DNA of 45,899 nt, taken from contig DBDD01000179.1 in the NCBI GenBank assembly GCA_002293365.1, positions 1 to 45,899 on the forward strand. Reading direction: 5' to 3'. This document shows positions 1-11,000 of this stretch, in pieces. The notes under the pieces were generated by a model, which was not told the origin of the DNA, ran no database searches, and was given only the letters and a program-made list of their open reading frames with translations. The position numbers and the translations under genes are program-made. The stretch comes from Christensenella sp. UBA941. Lineage in GTDB: Bacteria > Bacillota > Clostridia > Christensenellales > UBA941. Positions within the stretch are counted from its first letter, which is position 1. Each line of letters starts with the position of its first letter.

Positions 1-1103
<1,103 letters not shown>

Positions 1104-1115
1104 ATCTGCCTCCAA

Positions 1116-2033
1116 TCAAGCCGCTATATAATATAGATTGCCTGTATCAGCGTCGAATCGTAACGGACTATCGGCCCCGTCGGCAACAAACGCCATTAAG
1201 TCGCCATTATCCTTCACGTATACCGCGAAGAATCCGTTAAGTGAAGTCATGATACCGGGCGGGCCCGTATCCCCTGTTGCTCCTGTCTGCCCTTGCGGCC
1301 CTTCCGGCCCCGTATCGCCTTGCGGGCCTTGCTCGCCTTGCTGCCCCTGTTCTCCTTGCGGGCCTTGCTCTCCCTGCGGCCCCTGTTCGCCTTTCGGGCC
1401 GGTCGAGCCGGTATCGCCCTTATCGCCTTTGTCGCCTTTCGGCCCCTGTGGCCCGGTTGGGCCTTGCGGGCCCGTATCGCCCCGGAAGGCGTCGTTTTCG
1501 TAATCCTCGCGTATTTGGTTGTATAGTTCGGCGCGCGTGATCTCAGCATCCTCGCGCGCGTCCTCGTTCGCTTCACGCTGCTCTTCCGCCGCCCCGATTT
1601 CATTATTGAGCGCGTCCACCCGGTTCATCGCGTCCGTCAGCGCGGAAAATTCGTTCGATGATGTAATCTCGTCTTCACCGAAAAGCGTCTCGCCGACGTA
1701 AATATCAAAGAGCGGGCTGAACAGCACTTCATTGTCGGAGCCGATGATAGCCAGCTCGCATTTCACGATACCGGCTACGGCAAGCATTTGTTGTGTAAGC
1801 GCGCGCTGGATTGTGTTGTTGGAAATAATACAGTCAGAATAAACAAGCGTTTCGTCGGGCTTTATGGCGCGAAGAATAACGGTCATATCGTCCGAAAGCT
1901 GATAGGGTACGGAATCATTGAAGAGGTACGCTGAAATTTGGCGCGACTTCACGTCGCCCTTCTTTACGTATATCTGGGCTTGGCTTCCCGGTTTACCGGC
2001 ATCCAGACGGATTCTATATATAATCGGCTGCAT
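1116..2033 (-). CDS. Baseplate-upper-protein (BppU N-domain)-like fibre protein with a central collagen-like repeat
   Basis: The 305-aa ORF has an N-terminus ([34 protein letters not shown]..) resembling BppU_N. This is followed by a coiled segment, about 25 G-X-Y triplets and a short C-terminal head. GGAGGAG lies upstream of the ATG. Confidence 0.65.
   Translation of the reverse strand: MQPIIYRIRLDAGKPGSQAQIYVKKGDVKSRQISAYLFNDSVPYQLSDDMTVILRAIKPDETLVYSDCIISNNTIQRALTQQMLAVAGIVKCELAIIGSDNEVLFSPLFDIYVGETLFGEDEITSSNEFSALTDAMNRVDALNNEIGAAEEQREANEDAREDAEITRAELYNQIREDYENDAFRGDTGPQGPTGPQGPKGDKGDKGDTGSTGPKGEQGPQGEQGPQGEQGQQGEQGPQGDTGPEGPQGQTGATGDTGPPGIMTSLNGFFAVYVKDNGDLMAFVADGADSPLRFDADTGNLYYIAA
1254..1481 (-). 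repeat. Collagen-like G-X-Y triplet repeat (coding), about 25 triplets
   Basis: Residues 185-260 of ORF 1116..2033 read [76 protein letters not shown]. Confidence 0.9.
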
Positions 2034-2062
2034 AGCGCTCCTCCTCTTCGGTTAAGCATAGC

Positions 2063-2088
2063 AAAAACGGGAAGATGATTTCTCCCCG
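2063..2088 (-). terminator. Intrinsic-terminator-like hairpin after the giant gene
   Basis: The minus strand reads CGGGGAGA-AAUCA-UCUUCCCG (8-bp stem with one G.U) followed by UUUUU. It lies 12 nt after the TAA stop of ORF 2100..11780. Confidence 0.55.
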
Positions 2089-2095
2089 TCGTTTA
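2078..2095 (-). repeat. 18-nt late-junction element, copy 1 (plus strand ATTTCTCCCCGTCGTTTA)
   Basis: This is a perfect 18/18 match to 18908-18925. It lies just after the giant-gene stop and upstream of the BppU-like gene. Confidence 0.8.
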
Positions 2096-2099
2096 ACTA

Positions 2100-5000
2100 T
2101 TATTTTTTCTTTCTATCCGATTCAACCCACCCCGCAATAAGGTCTTCGGAATAATACTGTTCGAAAGTGCGCTTGCCGTCTTCCATCTTGTAGAGTTCAA
2201 GACTGCCAAGGAGCCGAGTAATTTCATCTATCCCTTGTTGGTCGCCCGCCTTGGATAGCTCAATAACCTTATCCCTGTATTTGCCCGTAATGCTCTTCTT
2301 TATACTTGTTTCATCGCGTCCTAGCTCCTTAAGCTTGTTTATATGCTCGTTCGCCGCCACCGTATCGCCGGTTGCAACCGCGCTGTCCAGGGCTTTCGAC
2401 TGTGCGTCGATAGGCCACGCCTTAACGGTATCCTCCTTCATTCCAAGCTCCTCAACGAGCAATTTTTCAATGCTCGCCGCCTTCGCCATATCGCCCGAGG
2501 TCGCTGCCTCGATATATTCATCCTTATAGGTATCCGTGGCGATACCGCTAAGATAATCCTCCTTGGATTGCGGCATGTTCATCCAGTAGGTCTTATCCTC
2601 CGGTATGCTGTCCTTAATGGCGTCGAGCGCCGCCGTGTCCCCGCTCTCCGCCCGGCGGATAGCCTCCGCGATAGTGTCTTCCGAATAAGCCTCCGGCTCC
2701 CACGGCTTAACCTCTGTGATTTCCGCCTTGTTCGCCCGGCTGATATAAGTGTTGACGGCGCCCAATACGCTGGCTTCGCTGAACCCCTGTTTAACGATTT
2801 CGTTGAATAGCGCCTTATAAGCGTTGTGATCCCACGTGCCACCCATGTCGGGCCGCATGGCGGCAAGTTGGGCAATGCGCGGGTCGTGCTCGATAAGCGC
2901 GTCCCGCACTCCTTGCATAATCCTGTTATTTATCTCCTGTTCCTCGTTGCTGTATTTCGTCCCGGATTTCGCGATGTTCTTGGCGATTTTTTCGCGCAGC
3001 TCCGATTCCAATACCGCCGCCTTCTCTGCGTCGCCGTTTACAAGCGCCTTGTGGATGGATTCATACCCCTTCTTTAGCGTCGCCGTTTCGCTCTCCCATT
3101 GTATTTTGTTGGGAGAAATGGCGTTATAAAGCCCGACGACGTCCCGCATCAGGTTACCCGCCGGTATTCCGGTAATGCCGGATAGCGCGCCCGCACTCTG
3201 GTATATCATCTTATATAGGCTGCTCCTGCTGTCGCCGGATAAATACTTGATCCACGCCCCAGCGACGTTTGCAAGCCGCTCGATGGATTGCATGTCCATC
3301 CTGGCGACGGAGAAGCCTTCGAGTATGGAGAGTATATCCCGCGCGCCGGGTATCATGCCAAGAGGGTGAAGCGCGGCCCCGGCGTTGCTGAAAATAACGT
3401 CCTGAAAGCTTCCGCCCTTCCCGATAAACGCGCTCATGTACTTTTCCAGCCAGGTCTTCTCTTCGTCGTCGTCGCGGAAGGCATCCGCCACAGCCGCAGC
3501 AGCCGCCGCCGCGACGCTGGAAGCAACGAACGTAACGCCCGCGCGCGCGAGCTTCCGCCTGCTGTCTGTGCTCCATTTCTGGTAGGCGTTGTCTATGGCG
3601 GTACGCAGCATGTTATAGCTCTTGGTCGGCTCCGCCATAAAGGCGGTTACGAGCTTCTGCCCGCTGTCCTGGCTTCTCATAATCTCGGAGCGGTGGAATA
3701 CGCTGTCGACCACCTGCGTCCGGTCGATGATCTCGGACAGGCGTTTGCCCACTGCGATATTGTATTCCTCGCTCCCGCGCTTCAGTTCGGGATGACGGTC
3801 GCGCGTCTCCAGCTCCACGGCCCCCCAAAGCGCGCCCCAGGTGATTTTGTCCGCCCACCCGGCCGGGGCCAGCAATACCCCGCGCACCTTATCGAGCCCC
3901 TTCTTGTCGCCGACAATGATTTCGCGCATGGATTGCCCGGTGCGAACGTCATAAAAGCCCCAGTCCTTCCATTGCGCGATGGGGGAGTATTTCAAAGCCT
4001 TCTGTACGCCGTCCTTCACGAAACCGCCGCCCGCAAGGTATTTCGGGCTAATCATGTTCGCCGCCCGGAGGTATGCCGTCGGCTGCTGCAAAACAACGCG
4101 CACATTCGCGCCCACGGCGGATACCTTAGCGTTGCGTAAAAGCTTCTCCATCCAGCCGAGCCCGATGTTCGACGAGCTCGTCCCATTTATGGCGACGATG
4201 AAGTTAATGAAATACTGCTGCCCGCGCTTGCCGACGAGCCTTTCGATGCTCTGTTTAACGCTGACTCCCCCGTCGGTGTAGTTATACCATTTCATGGCGT
4301 CGGAAAGAGGAATAACAAAAGCGTTATAAGAGCTCATTGTATCCACATGGCGGACGAATGTATCGAAGATATCGCCCAAAAGCAGCGCGTTATTCGCCCC
4401 TTCGACGGTCGCCTTAGTCGAGCCGGTGTTTTTAAGGGTCCATATGTCTGCGGTACTATTGCCGTCCTTGTTCAGCGTGCGCGTATAGTTGCTGTCGCTC
4501 CGTATGGGCCAGTAATTCCTTTCCCGGAATTTCTTATACCCCCAAAGCGTCATGGATACATAGTTGCCCCATTGCGAAACGTCGTTTCCAAGGAATTTCT
4601 GCATAGCCTCGGCGATTTGTATTTCCTTTTTCGTAAGCGTGGAGGTAATGCGCTCCACGTCCTCCTCGGTGACGAGCGCCGGCGCGTAGAATATGTTCTT
4701 GCCCTTTGAATCAAGGCGCTTGATGCCGTAGCCGTAGATGTGCCCGCGCGCCTGTTCGCGCTTGTTCAGTATATACAGCTCCATGATGTTCGCTTTGGTC
4801 AGCTCGATCTTTTCGTCGAATATCTCGAAGGTCTGCGTGGGCGCGTTCGGGCCGGAGAGCTTTTGCATATCCACGCCCTTCAAAACCTCTTTCATATACT
4901 CCATAGCGGTGTTGATGTTGCGTACCTTCGCGTCAAAGCCCACGCGCAGCGCGTTCAAGACGGATTCGCCCGCCGGGCCCAGCCGCTCGAAGAAGGAGAA

Positions 5001-8000
5001 CGCGTCCAGCATGGATATATCAATCTTCGTGCTCGGCTTTTTCGCGTTCATCTCCGCGATGGACGCATCGCCCAGGCGCGTCGTTGTCTGATACCGCTCG
5101 TTCGCGTGGGTGGCGTTCGCGTTCACGATCATATGCTTAACCCGGTCCAGCAGGCCGTCCAGCTCCTTCAGCTGGCGTACGCTCATGTTGTAGACGGAGC
5201 CGACGCTTTCGCTCCGCTCGATGAACACGTCGATATCGTTCACGATATCCGGGTCAACGTCGATCATGGAATTAGCGTAGGCCTTGTCGGCGCCGTCCTC
5301 CGCCTTGGATAGCTCCTTGCTAAGCGCGCGCATTTTCGTGCTCCAAAGCACGGAAGCGCCGATCTCCTTGCCGTTATGATATTTCGTAAAGTCCAGCGCC
5401 TGAACCAATCCGCCGACAACCTCGCGCAGCGCGTCGGGCATATGCTTCTTGTCCGAAGGCCGCGTGAGCCGTATATACAGATCCTTCGCGTTGCGAAATA
5501 TCCTGTCCAAGTATTTCTCCGCCGCGTCGCGCCCGGCGCGTTCAACCTCCCGCCAGTCCGATACGCGCGCCTGCCGTTCAAGCAACGCCAAATGGTCCTT
5601 TCCCTTCAGTTTAAAGAATTCATCCCTAACCTTGATCCTCTCTGCAGGGGTAGCCGCCTCGTTATATCGGCGTTCCAGCTCCTGCCGCCGGGCGAACGCG
5701 CTCTGCTGAATGCTCTTAAGCCGCGCCTCCATCTGCTCCTTGGCGTAGGCGCGCGATTTGACAAGGCTCCCCCGTATCTCGGGGGAGTTGGCGTATTCCG
5801 CGAACGCGGTCAAAAACGCGTCGACCGCCGCGCCGTCCAGGTCGTAGCCGTATTCGTTCTGGTAATATACGCTCTTCTTTAGGCTTTGGGCCGCGTTATA
5901 GAGGACGGCGGGTTGGTCGCCTTCGTTCGTATCCGGGGGAAAGAGGTCGGGCCGCATTGATGATAGCTCCTGCCAAGCCTTGTCCAGAGGCACGCCGTTT
6001 TTATTGACGATTTTCACCTTGCCAAAAAGGGAATTACGAAATGCCCGGAAGCTGCCGTTGGCGTATTCCGCCTCCTGCCGCTGTGTGTCGCTTAATACAA
6101 TAGGAGTATTCTTCATGTATTCGCGGGCGTTCGCGTCGGCGTCGAATGCGATTTGGTCGAACGAGCGTGCGTTTTCCAGCACGGGCTTCATAACGGAGGC
6201 CCCGGCCTCGATGAAGTCGCGCGCCGGTATATCCGGGTTTTCGGCGTATGTGCCGATAAGCTCGGTCAGGTTCTCCGCGAAGGTAGCGGCATCGTATTTA
6301 CTGCCTATACGCGTTATGAACTGGTGAGCAATTCGCTCCACTGTCTGCTTATTCAGCGCGCGCGCGCCGCTGGCAGATAATGTCTTATGCAGCTCGGTTA
6401 CGATGCTTTCCGCCTCCTTGAATTTGGTATAGCGCTTGAAGGTATCCTCGGCGACGGGCGAGGGGTCTTGGAGGGAGAAGCGGAAGCGCGCAACATCGGA
6501 TATAACGGGTGCCTCGCCCGTTTCAAAGTAACGTTTTATATCCCGGATGATTCTATCAGCCCTCGTACCTTCCGGGTATTCTACCGAATCCATGTTATAA
6601 CCGTTCTGTGCGCTAAAATCGACGACGATTTCGCCGTTTTTGCTTTCGAAGAAGCGCCGTAGTACGGGTATTTGCTTGCTGTTGGGCTCGACGGATATAT
6701 CAATGCCGTAGCTTTGAAGGCGAACATTGCCTTGGTTCATGAACTCGATAAGCCCGTCGCTATAGCCGGCGTCGTCGGGCAAGTCAAGGATATCGCTTAT
6801 TTCTCGATGATCCAGCGTCCGGGAGCGCTGCCCTTCGCTAAAGTCGAGTAACGAGCCGTTCACAGTCAGATATCCGGCCAAGTCGAAGCGCGATGTCGTG
6901 CCGAAACGGCGCGCCGCCTTGGTTGCAACCGCCTTAGCCGCGTCCGCTTTTGCTTGTTCGTCAGGAACTTCTTCCAGTCCGAGTATCTTCCGTACAGCCT
7001 CAGATTGCATATCGCGAAGGAAGTTTCCTCGTGTATAAAGCGTCTTCGCGTCGTCTGCGCCCCGAACGTCAAACCCAAGGCGTTTTAGTGCCGTGCTAAT
7101 CTTGCTCCAAGTGGCTTTGCTTATGGCGTCGCCGTCGTTAATTCTGATAAGCCCAGCGTCGTTTATTTCTATCTTTCCGTTCGCGATTAGCTCTTGCGTA
7201 TAAGCGGCGTTGGCGTCTTTCAATGAGAATCGGTTAATATCTTTCCCATTTCCCAACGTTTCGCCCTTGTAACTCGGTATCTTTTGCAGTATACTAAACA
7301 AGGAAGACACGCCTGCGCCGGAATTCGCGCCCGCAAGGGACGGCCCGGTCTTGAACGCAGACGTGTTTTCTATTGCGATTTCGTGCAAATAAAAGTCGTC
7401 CTCATCGACCTTTTTTCGCAACACGACACCCATAAGCGCATCTTCGCCGATGTACTTTATCGGAGCAGCTACGACGACGGTATCGTAATTCCTATTTTTC
7501 CAGTTGTGCTGAATATCCAATATCTTGCCCTTTTCGATCACGCTGGGTACCGCCTTGAATGACGCCGCTTTCGCTCGTCCTATACCGTGAGCAATATCCG
7601 CTTTTACGCTCAGTCTGTCGAGTTTGATTTTGCCAACGTCGGGATTAATGGCCTCGTTGCCTATACTCTTGAAATATTCTTCTACCTGAGTTACGAGATC
7701 AATCTGCCCCTTTTGAAACTCATTCCCAGTAATAGTAGCCACAGGCTCCATATTCGCAACAGTGCGATAATTAGCCTCAATATCCTGCGTCGCGGCGAAG
7801 TTCTTGTCCAGCCGGGGAGATAGCCGTACCTCTCCGCCCGTCTCCGCCCGCTGCCGCCTATATTCCCCCGCGTCCTGCACCATGGTATCAAACGTTTCCG
7901 ATATCGTCTGAAGGCTCTCGATATCGCCCTTCAGCGCGTCCATCTGCTGCCAGCTCTTATTTCCGGCTAAGCTGTTATAAATCTCGTTCAGATCGTCGAT

Positions 8001-11000
8001 AAACTTCTTAATAAAGTCCGCGATCTTCTGGAATAACGTCCTGTCCGCCTCGAATATCTGCCGAACATAGCTTTCGTTCGTTAGTATAGCGGGCACATTA
8101 TTGGCGATAACCTCGCCCCTTGCGTCCTTTTCGCTCAGCCTGAATGCTTCCATCTGATACTGGACCTCGGCGTCGAAGTCAACGCCGTTTTTTTCTAAGG
8201 CCTCCCGAACGAAGTCCGCGAACATCTCGAAGCCCTTTGGGTCGTATTCCTCTATGAAGTGGGTAAGCTCATGCACGGCGACGAACATATACCCTTCGTC
8301 TACGGCGTCGAGCGCGATGGTTATGCTGCCCGTCTCGGGGTCAAATTTGCCGTTGGCGTTCCCTCTCTCGGTCTGTATGCTGTCCACAATGGCGATTCCC
8401 ACACCGAGCTTCTTGCCCAGCGCTTCAAGCCCATCGATCTGCATTAACTGCCTCGCGGAGAGTTCTTTGGGATGCACACGCCGCACGCCGGGCGTACCCT
8501 CCTGCTGGCTTCCCATACCCTCTTTAGTAAAGAGGGTGGCGCCCGCAGGCGGCGGGTGTTTTGTCGCGCGTGTTTTACTAGTTTCGTTGACATTTTTGGG
8601 CGTAGTGGGTATACTATTGTTGAACGGATCAGATTCATGCTCGGTATTGGCCGTATAGTCTGGCGGGGGCGCAAGTCCAGCATCAGGCACATGAGAGTAT
8701 CCGTTCTTATTTTTATAAGCGCTTAAAACCCATATAGTTTTGCTTTTGGCGTCGGGAACCGCCTCGGCAACATAATAATAGCCGTTAACCTTCTTTGATA
8801 GCACTACGACCGGCGCAAATTTCCCGCTTGAATCCTTGTATTTCGAACTTAGAACTTGCTTGCCTTCATCGTTATATACGAGCGATGACTGATCATAGTT
8901 TTCAATAACAAACTGAATCCGCCCAATATCATCCGCCGAGGCCATGCTTTGATCCTGCTGCCCTTCCGGGCCGTGCCTCTTGTCTATATGTTCGATTCCG
9001 TCTCGCTGTATACCGTGCTTGTAGTTTGTAACATCAACTCCTGTGAGCTCCTTTATATCACTGGCAAACCGCCCAGAAGCTTCGGACATTGTAATTGGCT
9101 TTATATATTCTTTTGAACCGCTTCGAACCGCCTCGACGGCGTCGACTATTTCGCGGTTCACCGAATCTTCGTATCCCTGTACCGGCGCGGAATAACGAGC
9201 CTCCGCCCGCGCAACCGACCCGGCGTTCTGCCCGGCGGAATATGCCGCCTTCCGCGCCTCGGGCGAAAGCTGCTTTCCTGCTAAGCTTCCTGTAACGGCT
9301 TGTTCAAACGTCTTCCCATTTCGAGCTGCGTTATAGACGGCGCTAAAGCCCTTCGTGTATTCGGCAACGTCGGAGCCGTCGTATCCGCTTATAAGCGCTT
9401 GGGCCGCGCTCGTGTCGAACATGCGCGCTTGATTGTATAGCCGGTCAATGGCGGTATCGTCGATGGTGATGTCGTCCAGCGCCGCCGTCTCGCCGTCGGC
9501 AAGTTGAACGTTTACCTTCCCGTCCTCGACGGAGGCTATACCGGTAACCTCCGTATCGGCGTTGGTGTCGTTATACACGGCGGCTGAGCGGGTTGCAATC
9601 GGGTTTATGGGCGTTTGTGGCTGGGAAAGAGCGTCATTCGTCGGACGCGTCGGTTGCGCCTGTTCTGCGGCAACACCGGGGGCTGCGGCTTCATATTCCG
9701 CCCGGCGGGCAATATCATCCGGCGGCGCGGTTGTACTTGCCGCCCGTTGAGTTTGTGTGTTGTTGGAAGGCGTCGTGCCGATCCGCCCGGCGGCTCCACC
9801 GACTGTGCCAACCGCTGCGCCCGAAAGCGCGCCGCCCGCCCCGGCTAAACCGATATTAACAAGCATGTCGCCGGAGGCGCGTTTCTTTGCGGCATCTTCC
9901 GACATGCCCGCCTGTATATAGCTTTTCACGGCGTTATTATAGTTGGACATGTCGCCCATGATCGTGTTATCGGCTACTATATTGGCTATCTCGGTAGCCA
10001 TTTCTTCGGAGGCTTCAATTCCTGCCTGTTTAAACGTGTTTTTTATAAAATCGCCGCGCCCTACGCCGGTTAAGCCGATGAAATGATCCAGGCTGAACTT
10101 CTCGAATATCAGCTCCGCCATGCCGCTCCAAAATCCAACGGTAAGCGCCTGCTCCTGTGTCGCGCCACGGTCAAGCGCGTCTAAGGTTGCGTTCGTCGCC
10201 GCGCCGGTTCCCATAATGACGCTTGCCGCCGTACTCGCCCACGGCCCGAAAGCTGACGAATACGCGCTGTTCGCAAGGAAATCCCCTGTCGACATGCCCG
10301 TGTTGTATAAAAACGCCGCCGCCTCGCCGCCGAGGCCCGGTAGCGCGCCCTTTATATTTTGCGAAACCGCACCCCTTGTTGTGCTGCGGAAGCGCGACGC
10401 GTCAAACATTGGATCGTTTGGATCAATCTTCGCGCCCGCAATTTGCTTACCCACGGATTTTACGAATGCCTCTCCTTCAGCGGGAGCGGCCAATACGGAC
10501 AGTATACTTGCGGGTACTGGATATTCCGTCGCCGCCTTTTGTGTCAGCTCGGAGGTGAACGCCGCGCTCCGCTCCTTCAAGTAGGTATCGAGAAATCCAG
10601 TGTATTCCGAGGCGGCTTGTGGCCCATGCTTTGCTAGAATAGCGTAGAATACGTCCTCCTCCGCATCGGTTCTATATCTATGGTCGTATGGCGTATTACC
10701 GATACCTTTGGTGAGCACTGGATCAACGTTCCTTCCGCCGGTCGCTTGGCTCGCAATTCCTTCAAGCCCAAGCCCAAGCGCGAAATCGCCGGAGGAGGAC
10801 GCCGCGCGGGTTTTGTCAGTTTGTATCTGCCTGCCCTGGCGCGCAAGCTCCTTGAATTCCGGCGTACCGTAGCCAATATCATTTTCATACCGGGCCTGCT
10901 GCTGTAAATATTCTGCCTGCCGGTAATCACTCTCCGCCGCTCGAACTTGTGGCGTCAATCCGCTTAATCGCTCCGTAGCGATTTTCGCGGCGTCGTTTAG

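Noticed and set aside
1138-1701. ORFs 1138..1503, 1247..1603, 1277..1540, 1293..1526 and 1519..1701
   Set aside because: They have the same cause. They are alternative-frame readings of the collagen-like repeat inside ORF 1116..2033.
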